DNA of 64,000 nt from a virus: IMG/VR virus record IMGVR_UViG_3300030202_002193, positions 1 through 64,000 of that record; one strand, 5' to 3'. How positions within the stretch are numbered: position 1 is the stretch's first letter; each line of letters begins with the position of its first letter. The position numbers and the translations under genes were made by a program. Below are positions 27,981-36,976 of the stretch, piece after piece. The notes under the pieces were generated by a model. That model did not search any database. It was not told where the DNA came from and saw nothing but the letters and a program-made list of their open reading frames with translations.

Positions 27981-29489
27981 TCAAGCACCTTCTTCTATTT
28001 CGTCTTTTACTGAATCGAACCTATCCAGTATTTCTTCTATATGGTCGGAAAGCCTTTCGTTAAAACGATATTCCCTATTCAAACTCTCCCTACTCTCCTT
28101 TAATTTAGTATATCTTTCTTCGATGTCTTTAGATATACTTTGTATTACTTCCATACTAATCCCTTCTGATTCTTCTGACGATAATTTATCTTCTAATTCG
28201 GATAGGGCTTCTTTTTGCTTTTGCTCATATTCCTTTTCAGTTTCGATTTCAGTTTGGGCTTCGTTCATTATCTTATTATATTCTTTAATGGCATCGGATA
28301 AGATTTTAGATTCACTATCACTTAATCCCCTGTCTGAAATTGCTTCCGAAGTTATTTCTGATTTTCCTTTGCCTTTAGTCCTTTGATAAGTAGGTTTAGA
28401 AAACGGGCTAATATCAAAAGTCCCTATTCTTACAGATTTAATCTTTACTTCATATTTGAAAGATTTAGTTTCTTCAAGGGGGTCAATTTTTTTAACCATT
28501 CCAGTAATATAGACTTCGTAAGTTTCATCCATAAGAGGGTCTGCCTTATTCATTTCTGCTAAATATTTTATTAATTCATCAGATACTCTACCTACAATAG
28601 AATCCATTTCTGATTCTATTATTTCTTTAATATCGTCTAATTTATCCTTTTTATTATCTTCAGTTATTTTACCAGTAGTTAATATTTGTTTAACTTTAGA
28701 TAGATTTAATTCATGCGTACCTCTTAATTTTGACAAAGATACTGATTCAGTACTCTTTAATATCCTTTTACCTGTACTTCTATAATTTACATTGGGGTAG
28801 ATTCTTTTTAGAAACTTTGTTCTTTCTTCAGTATTATTATATTCTGAAAAGTACAGTACGGATTTATCTTTACCGGTAGAGGTTATTTCTATAGTTGGCA
28901 AACCAGAAGTCTCTCCTATATTTATTTCAAAATATGGTTCAAAGTCAGGTTTTTTCATAAACATGCTAGGCAAGGAAGGCACATCTGCCCCAAAATCTCT
29001 AGTTTGAGGAATGTTTCTAAGTGAAGAAATATATTCCTGTGCCTGTTCGGTGTCTGCATAGTCTTCGCCTAGATTATAAGGACCAGTAAACTGTTCCGGT
29101 TCTTCTTCCGTAACCTTTCCAAATAAACTATATCCTATAATTTTTAATAAGTTATCAGATTCTCTCATATCCTCTAAAGTAAAATCTTTAACCTCATCAA
29201 ACACCCTACTTCTTCTTAGAGACCTATACATAATTGGTTCGGGCTTTCCTCTTTTAGCCAAATCTAAAATCTTCTCTTTTTCTATTCCTTCTAGAATCTT
29301 TAGGCCTTCTTCTACAAAAGCATCATTATCAAATTGTATAGAAGTATTGATGGCAGATTTTTCTGCAATGCCGGTTATTTCCCCATCTTTGAATCCAGTT
29401 CTTCCAACTATAGTATCTTTGATTTTTTCAGTAAAATCTGTTGGCCAATTTCTAATAGAGCCATCGGAATCAATTACTTTAGTCGGCAT
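27981..29489 (-). CDS. Hypothetical protein with C-terminal coiled coil
   Basis: 502 aa ORF. Confidence 0.75.
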   Translation of the reverse strand: MPTKVIDSDGSIRNWPTDFTEKIKDTIVGRTGFKDGEITGIAEKSAINTSIQFDNDAFVEEGLKILEGIEKEKILDLAKRGKPEPIMYRSLRRSRVFDEVKDFTLEDMRESDNLLKIIGYSLFGKVTEEEPEQFTGPYNLGEDYADTEQAQEYISSLRNIPQTRDFGADVPSLPSMFMKKPDFEPYFEINIGETSGLPTIEITSTGKDKSVLYFSEYNNTEERTKFLKRIYPNVNYRSTGKRILKSTESVSLSKLRGTHELNLSKVKQILTTGKITEDNKKDKLDDIKEIIESEMDSIVGRVSDELIKYLAEMNKADPLMDETYEVYITGMVKKIDPLEETKSFKYEVKIKSVRIGTFDISPFSKPTYQRTKGKGKSEITSEAISDRGLSDSESKILSDAIKEYNKIMNEAQTEIETEKEYEQKQKEALSELEDKLSSEESEGISMEVIQSISKDIEERYTKLKESRESLNREYRFNERLSDHIEEILDRFDSVKDEIEEGA

Positions 29490-29499
29490 TTAATTCAAC

Positions 29500-30153
29500 T
29501 CACATTAGCCACTTAGCCCAAGCCGCACCTTTCTGAATTGCGCCACCTAATCCTAATCCGGACTTTGGTGGTTCGTAACTCATCTGACCATTAGCATCTA
29601 ACCAATATGGCCGACCATACATATCTTGCCCATTAGGAGGAATCGGATAGCCCGAACCATTGTTCATAGCACCTTGCATTTGTTGGTATTGTTGAGTTTG
29701 TCCCGTTACTCCAGCAAGAGCCATACCTGCTGAAACCTGTTGTTGCCCACCGCCAAATCCTTGAGATTCTAAGAATTGAGACTTAGCCATCTTTCTCTGA
29801 TTAATTACTTCGGCATCAATAGCAGAATTCAATAGATTCATTATATCTAATTCTATGTTAGCGGCAGTAATTCCCTCAAATTCCCTTAAAGAATCAGGAT
29901 GGATTCTAATACTTTTAGTGGTATCGTCTTGAATAAACTGCAATTTAGTCAGCATTCTACTAACTACTCTTTCGGTAACATCTTCCATAAGTGTTTCTAA
30001 ACACTTCAAAAACTTATCTCCGTGGTATTGGAAAAACTCTTCCACATGGTTATCCTGTAAAGAAAGTAAATTATTTACATTCTTGAATTGTTGGTCGCTC
30101 TGTGCTTGTACTGCTCCTAATACTGCGCCGTTACTTGTTCCTAATATCCCCAT
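29500..30153 (-). CDS. Gln/Gly-rich protein with a C-terminal amphipathic tail
   Basis: 217 aa; ends GGAIQKGAAWAKWLM. Confidence 0.75.
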   Translation of the reverse strand: MGILGTSNGAVLGAVQAQSDQQFKNVNNLLSLQDNHVEEFFQYHGDKFLKCLETLMEDVTERVVSRMLTKLQFIQDDTTKSIRIHPDSLREFEGITAANIELDIMNLLNSAIDAEVINQRKMAKSQFLESQGFGGGQQQVSAGMALAGVTGQTQQYQQMQGAMNNGSGYPIPPNGQDMYGRPYWLDANGQMSYEPPKSGLGLGGAIQKGAAWAKWLM

Positions 30154-30154
30154 A

Positions 30155-30796
30155 TTAATCCTCTCCTTCTGCTTGTACCCCTTGTTTAATCATTAGATGG
30201 TTTAGTCTGTTAGTCAATATATTAATTTCCCCAACGATAGTAATTGCTTCTTCAGTAGGCGTACTATTATCTCCTAATGTGGGAGGTTTAATAAGCCATC
30301 CGGCGGAAACTAAACTAGACACATCTTCTTTACTTAATGTATTTAATGGGCCTCTCCTATTCATTTTTGGAATTTTTGGAATAAATGCTTTGAATTCTAA
30401 ACCATGTTGTTCTGCCAAAATCTGTTGTTGCAACATTTCCATTTGTCTATGTATTCCGGAATGTTTGGGACAGTATGTTCCTCGCATTGGCCTACCTTTG
30501 GTTACATGAGATAAAGGAATTGGTGGCCGCATATAGTCTCCGCTATCCCATGTATGGTGCATTCCGCAAACCACGCAACGGTCCTTTAGATTAAACTTGT
30601 AACTATATTTAATTTTCAAAAAGGATTTCTTTTCCGGTACTAAAACCTTAACCAATTCTTTCAATTGTTTCTTTGGTTTTATGTTGATGCACTTATATTC
30701 TTCTATCGGCCCACTTGCTCTTGCTCTTTGCAACGGTGGCAAAAATGCCGACGGTGCAGTTGTATTCATTTGTCCTATTATATTTTGTTGAAACAT
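30155..30796 (-). CDS. Zn-binding hypothetical protein
   Basis: CVVC...CPKH. Confidence 0.7.
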   Translation of the reverse strand: MFQQNIIGQMNTTAPSAFLPPLQRARASGPIEEYKCINIKPKKQLKELVKVLVPEKKSFLKIKYSYKFNLKDRCVVCGMHHTWDSGDYMRPPIPLSHVTKGRPMRGTYCPKHSGIHRQMEMLQQQILAEQHGLEFKAFIPKIPKMNRRGPLNTLSKEDVSSLVSAGWLIKPPTLGDNSTPTEEAITIVGEINILTNRLNHLMIKQGVQAEGED

Positions 30797-30811
30797 TTTT
30801 CATTCCTCAGT

Positions 30812-31216
30812 TTACATATAGTCCGGTATATCCCAAGACCCATAAGAAGTATTCTTATCCCACATCTGTAGCATTTCTCCACTTTGGGCATCATCGGGAA
30901 CAAAATTATATCCTTGATTATCTAAAGCATATGCGATTAAATGATAGAGATTTTCGCCATATCCTCTTCTCATAAATCTAGAGTCTGTTCTAACATCTTT
31001 TGCTTGAAAGGTATCGTCATCTATCTTTTCTGCATAAGCCCTTGTTATTTGCCTACCTTCTTTATCAATAATATTAGCATCCAAAGATTCATCGTGAATA
31101 GAAACTGACATTTTTAATTTTTCATCACTTTTGTTGTCTAGAAACATGGCAGTTGTTTCATCTCCCCTAATAACTATATTAGAAATGCGGTTTTGTTTTA
31201 ATATTTTTTGCCACAT
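30812..31216 (-). CDS. GNAT-fold acetyltransferase-like protein with leader MWQKILKQ
   Basis: VRTDSRFMRRGYGENLY motif A; QS..MW. Confidence 0.7.
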   Translation of the reverse strand: MWQKILKQNRISNIVIRGDETTAMFLDNKSDEKLKMSVSIHDESLDANIIDKEGRQITRAYAEKIDDDTFQAKDVRTDSRFMRRGYGENLYHLIAYALDNQGYNFVPDDAQSGEMLQMWDKNTSYGSWDIPDYM

Positions 31217-31234
31217 AGTAATCAATAATCCTCT

Positions 31235-31603
31235 TTAATATCTTTCATCTAGTTCAAACTTACCTTCTAATTTGTTTCGGGTTCCCTCGGCAGTATTGGA
31301 TTGTCTAGTATCGGGAACATAGTTTTTGGAAGGAGATTCTTCTTCTTTTAGTTTAATAACATAATACATGGTTGGGGAAGCAAGACTTTGAAATACTCCA
31401 TCTTCCATTTTAACTACCTTTCCCTCTTTAGCACTACCAACAACAGTATAATTTATTTCTTTGGCCATTTTTTTTATCCAAGCAAAAGCATCATCCCTGT
31501 CTGTAAAGTCCTTTGTTTCAGGTTCATAGTCTCCATCACTGTCTTGTAATTTGAGATATAACACTATTTCGTTATCCTTTTGTTTTAATATTTTTTGCCA
31601 CAT
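31235..31603 (-). CDS. Leader protein (MWQKILKQ)
   Basis: First ~25 nt identical to those of the 31216 gene. Confidence 0.75.
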   Translation of the reverse strand: MWQKILKQKDNEIVLYLKLQDSDGDYEPETKDFTDRDDAFAWIKKMAKEINYTVVGSAKEGKVVKMEDGVFQSLASPTMYYVIKLKEEESPSKNYVPDTRQSNTAEGTRNKLEGKFELDERY

Positions 31604-31613
31604 TTTAATTCCT

Positions 31614-31973
31614 CTAATTTTCTTCTATTATTGAATATCTATCCTCTTGTTCTTTTCGCATATATGTAATTGTCTTTACATGAATATTTCTGCTATATCT
31701 TTTAATTACTAAATATGCGTTTTTCTTTTTCTGCCTAACTAATTTTACAATGATTGTAGTTTTTTTCGGTAGTTGTCCTCGATTAAGTTTTCTTTCTATA
31801 GCGTTTTTGATTCTTTTCATTTTAATATCGGGGAATCTTAATTGTAAATTGTCACTAAAATGTTTGGTTAAAAAAATCTTTACTTTCTCTCCATTATTTA
31901 ATTTTAAAAAATATTGTTCGGCAGTTTCTTTGATACTGTCGTATGGGTTTACCTTTAGAATCATTTTCCACAT
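31614..31973 (-). CDS. Leader protein (MWKMILKV), basic, possible RelE/DUF4258-like fold
   Basis: FLTKHF...R motif; C-terminal IHVKTIT. Confidence 0.6.
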   Translation of the reverse strand: MWKMILKVNPYDSIKETAEQYFLKLNNGEKVKIFLTKHFSDNLQLRFPDIKMKRIKNAIERKLNRGQLPKKTTIIVKLVRQKKKNAYLVIKRYSRNIHVKTITYMRKEQEDRYSIIEEN

Positions 31974-31978
31974 AGTAA

Positions 31979-32641
31979 TCAATAATCCTTCAGCATCGTC
32001 ATTACTCCACGATACACCATTTCCGGTTGAGATTTAGCCGACACAATATATTTGAATGTTGGGATGCCCTTATCATTAAGCCGTTGCATCCCATATTTGA
32101 AAGGTCCGAATATAGGATGGTCTTGTATGTCTCCGTCATATTTGTGTTTTTCTCCCCAAATATCGTATTTATTAGCCCATATAGCAACTGCTATAGGGTA
32201 GTCTTGTTCTTTTTTCTTTTTTCTATTGGGCCAAGTATTAGCACAAATGGCATCTACTAAAAATTTCCAAGCGAGTTGGTGGTCTAGATTAGCCCCGCTA
32301 TCTAAATGTCTATGGTCAATCATAAAAATAATGTAATTCACCTTTCTTTTCTTCATATCAGAAATCCATTCTTTCCAATAGAATGATTCTCCCCCGACAT
32401 CTGCTGATTTTAGAGTATGGATTTCTCCTTCAATTTTTATTGTTTTTCTAGTTCCTTTATGAAGGCCGACTGTTCTTTTTTTAATTTCAGGAACTTCTCC
32501 TCTAGTTCTAAGTTGATGATTAAGAGTTGTCTTTCCTACCATAGTTGCCCCATAAATTCCAAATTGTATGGCGTGTATTCTTTTGTAAAATGCTATCGCC
32601 GCTTCTGTTATTACAATAGCGAAACCTGCTAGTACTGACAC
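31979..32641 (-). CDS. Arf/Sar-like small GTPase with N-terminal hydrophobic helix
   Basis: G1 GATMVGKTT, G2 RTVG, G3 DVGGE, G4 NKYD, G5 SAK. Confidence 0.88.
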   Translation of the reverse strand: MSVLAGFAIVITEAAIAFYKRIHAIQFGIYGATMVGKTTLNHQLRTRGEVPEIKKRTVGLHKGTRKTIKIEGEIHTLKSADVGGESFYWKEWISDMKKRKVNYIIFMIDHRHLDSGANLDHQLAWKFLVDAICANTWPNRKKKKEQDYPIAVAIWANKYDIWGEKHKYDGDIQDHPIFGPFKYGMQRLNDKGIPTFKYIVSAKSQPEMVYRGVMTMLKDY

Positions 32642-32643
32642 AT

Positions 32644-32865
32644 TCAATCACCAAAGGTATGTGACCATGCAGATTGTAGGCCGTCTAAGCACCATCCTAA
32701 GATATTGATATCAAATACTCCTAATATATTTCCAATTAGAAATGACGCTAACGCCGCACAACTTCCCCAAAAATAAGCCCTAAATCTTAGAAACCAAATA
32801 TCAGCAGAATGCGCTCTTTGCAAATCATATGCCATTGCGCCTTCATCAAAGCCAGTAAAAACCAT
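32644..32865 (-). CDS. Small membrane protein
   Basis: Hydrophobic C-terminal half; GGTGA RBS. Confidence 0.7.
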   Translation of the reverse strand: MVFTGFDEGAMAYDLQRAHSADIWFLRFRAYFWGSCAALASFLIGNILGVFDINILGWCLDGLQSAWSHTFGD

Positions 32866-32876
32866 GAGGCTTCACC

Positions 32877-33275
32877 TCATCTTTCAATGGCGGCCAAAAA
32901 CTCATTGCCTACGCCTTCGGTTTCTAAAGAGGAAACTAATTGAGTAGGTGGAACATTAAAGGTATTACTATGAGTCTTTAGGGTCTCTCGTATTTTTCCC
33001 TTCTGTTCTTCTTCCTTTCTTTTCTGCGCCCAAAAATGATTCACTCTTCTATCTAGCAAATACATTTCAATTTTTTCATTAAGGGCTAAATCAAATACTG
33101 CTTTTAGAATCATGATGGCCCCTACTGTAATTAGCCCAAATAAAGTTGCGTGGGCTAAAGTCGTGTAAGGGAATTCTGTTCCATAATTAGCATAAAAGAA
33201 AACATTTGCTCCGCTAACCGTCCCTACGAATAGGATAGTCATAACTAGGCGTGTATCGTGTTGTAGTGCTGGCAT
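32877..33275 (-). CDS. Two-TM membrane protein with coiled-coil tail
   Basis: Two hydrophobic segments. Confidence 0.75.
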   Translation of the reverse strand: MPALQHDTRLVMTILFVGTVSGANVFFYANYGTEFPYTTLAHATLFGLITVGAIMILKAVFDLALNEKIEMYLLDRRVNHFWAQKRKEEEQKGKIRETLKTHSNTFNVPPTQLVSSLETEGVGNEFLAAIER

Positions 33276-33284
33276 AAAAAAACC

Positions 33285-33608
33285 TCAATTAAATTCTACG
33301 GAAACTGCATGTCGTGTGGAAGCATCAGGGCTTCCCTCACTATTTGCAATTTGCAAATAGAGTCCTTCTCTAGCCAAAACTCCGTGCATATCATATTCTA
33401 GATTAACAGGACCGGATGGTACGCTAAACACAAACCTAGCCAATTCTGTATTATTCGTTAAGGTAGAATCTTTTGAATCCCAAACCTTTATCGTAATTAC
33501 ATCGGGGCCACCGGCTTCTGCCGCTACATGTATGCTTTTTAATCTACATTGATGTGCCGCTATTACTGCGCTCGCCGTTAAAACTCCACTAGACCTGCAA
33601 CTATCCAT
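33285..33608 (-). CDS. Probable minor virion protein (beta-sandwich)
   Basis: Position downstream of the capsid genes. Confidence 0.55.
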   Translation of the reverse strand: MDSCRSSGVLTASAVIAAHQCRLKSIHVAAEAGGPDVITIKVWDSKDSTLTNNTELARFVFSVPSGPVNLEYDMHGVLAREGLYLQIANSEGSPDASTRHAVSVEFN

Positions 33609-33657
33609 ATCAATCTCTCCGTATATCCGTAATGCCGATAATACTTGAAGATGTTGG

Positions 33658-34041
33658 TCATTCAGAATCTTCAGATTCTTCTACAACTTCTTCAGTTTTT
33701 GTCGGTACTACTACTTCTTTTACCTTTTTAGCGGCTTTCTTAGCACTTGTTTTTGCTTTTGTTGCCACCGTTTTCTTAGGTAAGAGGAGTTTAACCAAGT
33801 CTTCGCCTGTAGGAACAGTAGGAAGATTTAGAATGCCTTGCGACATTCCTAAAAGTTTCTCACTCAATTCCAATAGTTCTTCTTCATCGGACTCTTCAAA
33901 TGTAATGAGAAGGTTGGGGTCTTGCATTTTTAGCAGACCTTTTAGTGCGGAGATTTCACAAGAGTCTTCCCTTGTTATTTCTTCTCGCCCAATTCTCAAC
34001 CTTCCCATTACAGAAGACTCACTAAGAATAATCTTAGCCAA
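33658..34041 (-). CDS. Hypothetical protein with K/A/E-rich tail
   Basis: GAGGTGA RBS, TTG start. Confidence 0.7.
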   Translation of the reverse strand: MAKIILSESSVMGRLRIGREEITREDSCEISALKGLLKMQDPNLLITFEESDEEELLELSEKLLGMSQGILNLPTVPTGEDLVKLLLPKKTVATKAKTSAKKAAKKVKEVVVPTKTEEVVEESEDSE

Positions 34042-34051
34042 TTATTTCACC

Positions 34052-34393
34052 TCAAATGTTTCCGTATGCTCGGATTCTAATGGTAGTATCGGTAATATCT
34101 CCCGATGCTTGGGCATTAGTACCATCCATATTAACTAGATATAGATGGAATCCGCCTTCGTAAAGTCCAGCCGCAGTACATTCTGCTGAAGCAGAGTAAG
34201 TAGCAGGTAGAGAATTTCCTGTAATTGTTACAGAAGTCAATTCTCCTAGTCCTAAAGAACTAGCACTAACTACTTCGCCTCCAGCAGTATATGTTGTTAC
34301 TACAATAGCCGCATCCACGAAATACTCATCTCCGGAAACTCTAGGCCTTGTCTGCCCTTTATGGTCAGCCAACAATGTTACAGTATGTGCCAA
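34052..34393 (-). CDS. Probable capsid decoration / minor capsid protein
   Basis: Directly after MCP; YTAGGE...LGL...IRAYG. Confidence 0.6.
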   Translation of the reverse strand: MAHTVTLLADHKGQTRPRVSGDEYFVDAAIVVTTYTAGGEVVSASSLGLGELTSVTITGNSLPATYSASAECTAAGLYEGGFHLYLVNMDGTNAQASGDITDTTIRIRAYGNI

Positions 34394-34403
34394 TTAAAAC
34401 ACC

Positions 34404-35747
34404 TCACTGAATGTTGGTAATTTTACCTTGACCCTTGAAGAAAGAACAACCCATTTCACCGATAGTACGGTAAAGTGCTTGGTTTCCTAGACGACCAACA
34501 CCGAATGGGTTTCCGTTGGAAATACCATCTTCGAAGTATTGTGTAGGTTTCATAACTGCCAACCAAATGTGGTCAGTATCAAGGAATAGCAAATCGCTTA
34601 GTTTGCTAGATGCGCCTCCTGTAGAAGCCATATCCTTACAAGGAATTAGTGGGATGTCGTAGTATGTTGCAACTCTAAATCCAACTTCAGCACCCTTTAC
34701 TCCACGAACTCCATTTACAGTAGGAACGATTTCCTTTCTATCCATGAATCTTTCTTGGCTTTGTAGCAAATCAGCAACCGCTTGAATAGTATCATATCCT
34801 GTTAGAATTACCTTTGGAGAACCGCCAGCAATTCGCAAGTTGCGAATCATGTTGTTAAGTAGAGTTAGAGTTAGAGAACGAACATCTCCACTAGCATATC
34901 CACTTCCAAAGTCTACTTCAGCATCTAGGAAAGAAGCCGCAGAGAATCTTTCATCTCCGTAAATCTTACCCAAGTTGTTTGATGCACTTGTGGTATCGGT
35001 TGCAATAACTCCACCATCAATAGCCAAAAGTTCTGCACGACTTGTAACAATCTTGTTTAGTGAAAGATAGTTTCTCTCGATGTTAGATAATGCAGATACT
35101 TCACCATAGTTTTCTAGTGGAGTTAGAAGCATCATGTTTTGTGCTTCTGCGTGAGCAATTCCCATATCTTCACGCATTTGCGCTCTGATGTCACCAATTC
35201 CATCATCAATCTTTGCCATTTCCATAGCCAACTCGGAGAAGTCGAATTGATGTGCAACAGTCTTAGGACTCATAAATAGTTGAGCGTAAGTAGGAGCCAT
35301 AGAACCTAGACCGTCTGCCGCAGTAGAAAGTCCAGCGTTTTCTGCTACACCACCGATTTCGTCAAATTGTGCATCATCAGCACCAATTCCACCGCCAGTA
35401 CCATCTCTCTGTAGTGATTCAGCAAGTGTGTTTCCGGAACCACCGAAAGGTCGGCTTTTCAAAACTCTCCATCCGGAAGAAGTGTAAGGTCTCTTTGCAA
35501 TCATTGAAAGAGCATTTACTTCACGGTTTAGCATTGACCAAACCTTTTGTCCGTAAAGAACATTGTAAAGTCCGGTTGTTGTAGAAATTCCTGTTACGCC
35601 GCTTGCGCCAGCGTCAGCGATATCGTGAGCAGTTTGTACTCCTTGTACCACTCCCGCTTGCTTTAGAATATCGTTGCCGCCAAATGCGCCACCGAATCCG
35701 TATGTTTCTGCTTCTAAGTCTCTAATAGTGTTAATATATCCTGTCAT
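34404..35747 (-). CDS. Major capsid protein (HK97 fold)
   Basis: Follows the prohead protease; PKTVAHQF, TYYDIPLIP, LFLDT, QGKITNI. Confidence 0.9.
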   Translation of the reverse strand: MTGYINTIRDLEAETYGFGGAFGGNDILKQAGVVQGVQTAHDIADAGASGVTGISTTTGLYNVLYGQKVWSMLNREVNALSMIAKRPYTSSGWRVLKSRPFGGSGNTLAESLQRDGTGGGIGADDAQFDEIGGVAENAGLSTAADGLGSMAPTYAQLFMSPKTVAHQFDFSELAMEMAKIDDGIGDIRAQMREDMGIAHAEAQNMMLLTPLENYGEVSALSNIERNYLSLNKIVTSRAELLAIDGGVIATDTTSASNNLGKIYGDERFSAASFLDAEVDFGSGYASGDVRSLTLTLLNNMIRNLRIAGGSPKVILTGYDTIQAVADLLQSQERFMDRKEIVPTVNGVRGVKGAEVGFRVATYYDIPLIPCKDMASTGGASSKLSDLLFLDTDHIWLAVMKPTQYFEDGISNGNPFGVGRLGNQALYRTIGEMGCSFFKGQGKITNIQ

Positions 35748-35760
35748 TTTATATTCCCCC

Positions 35761-36936
35761 TCAATTTCCAGCAAGCCTGTTCAAGTCGGCCCAACTCATG
35801 TTAGCAACATCATCCATTGACGGAATTGCCACGGATGGTGCAGTTTTGGATTTGAGAATTTCAGATGTTTCCGAAGAAAATGACTTTCTCAATTCAGCCA
35901 ATTCTTCTTTAAGTGCGCTAACTTCAGACTTTGCATCATAGTTAGCCTTGGAAATAATAGTTTCTCTTTCTGAAACTTCAGACTTAAATCTGTTAGCGAA
36001 AGTCTTTTCTAAGTTTCCTAGAGCAATCTTTTCTAGTTGTTCTGCTTTGTATTCTGAATATGCTTTCTCGATTACATCAGGAGAAAGGTTTAGTGAAGTA
36101 ATTTCACCGTTGTCAAAGGCCTTAATGACCTTTGCTTGCTTTTCTCCTACTGGCTTGCCACCACTAATTACTACACGGTCAGCAGGTTCCCCTGTTTCTC
36201 CTTGTAGCGAAGTTTGTGCCTTGTATTCTACATCCATGTATTCTGAAGTCTCTACTTCAGCATCCATCAATTCTTCGTCCATAGCCGCCGCATTCATTTC
36301 TAAGTCTGCGTCTGCCGCAGGGGATTTCTCCTCTTCTTCTTTCCTTAGAGTATTGACTTCCTCTAATAGAGTGTCAAGTTCCTCTAATGCCTTTTCTAGT
36401 TTGTCGGTCATTTTTGTTCCCTCTTTTTCTTGTTTCAAAATGTCAAATTTCGCTTCAGGATTAATTCCTTTTTCGCATATGGTGACTTCGTGTAATTCTA
36501 GTTTGCTAATTTCGCTATATTCGCCTAATTCCGAATTTTGCTTCTTAACTTTCCGAAGTGCTTGTCCCCCTATGCTAAAAGACCTTAATGTTCCTTTGCG
36601 AATTCCCCTGTTTATTTCTTTTGCTTTTTCGATGTCATCTCTTAATTTTATTACTACAAAAAATCCCACATCATCTACTTCAGTTTTCCATATTTTTCCA
36701 TTTTTATCTCTATATGATTTTACTACTTCTCCTACTTGGACATTTGAATGGTTTGTCATTACATTTCTAAATTTTGCATTCTCCATGTATTTTTCTACTG
36801 CATCTTCTAGTGCTTTAAGTGTGATTAAATCATTTTGCTTATCTACGATTTCTATGCTTGCATATCCCCCAATCATTAAATCGTCTTGGCTTTTGAGAAT
36901 CAGGAAATCATTGTTTTGTATAACGGCAGTTTCCAT
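35761..36936 (-). CDS. Prohead protease with C-terminal scaffold
   Basis: GYAS...DKQND...H...SFSIGG...LHEVTI...GINPEA (HK97-type protease); acidic coiled-coil tail. Confidence 0.92.
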   Translation of the reverse strand: METAVIQNNDFLILKSQDDLMIGGYASIEIVDKQNDLITLKALEDAVEKYMENAKFRNVMTNHSNVQVGEVVKSYRDKNGKIWKTEVDDVGFFVVIKLRDDIEKAKEINRGIRKGTLRSFSIGGQALRKVKKQNSELGEYSEISKLELHEVTICEKGINPEAKFDILKQEKEGTKMTDKLEKALEELDTLLEEVNTLRKEEEEKSPAADADLEMNAAAMDEELMDAEVETSEYMDVEYKAQTSLQGETGEPADRVVISGGKPVGEKQAKVIKAFDNGEITSLNLSPDVIEKAYSEYKAEQLEKIALGNLEKTFANRFKSEVSERETIISKANYDAKSEVSALKEELAELRKSFSSETSEILKSKTAPSVAIPSMDDVANMSWADLNRLAGN

Positions 36937-36976
36937 TTTCCTCAACTCTTCGTTTTTTAATTAGGTATTTAATGCT

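Larger units (their letters stand above)
31211..31989 (-). repeat. 22-bp exact direct repeat, 2 copies (31211-31232, 31968-31989)
   Basis: Minus strand AGGATTATTGATTACTATGTGG; the outer copy is the 3' end of the GTPase gene. Confidence 0.9.

Noticed and set aside
35948-36964. 338-aa + strand ORF
   Set aside because: Antisense shadow of the protease/scaffold gene, Ser/Phe-rich and without an RBS; the other antisense ORFs in the track (e.g. 33632-34138, 27973-28386, 52737-53174, 7911-8309) were rejected for the same reason
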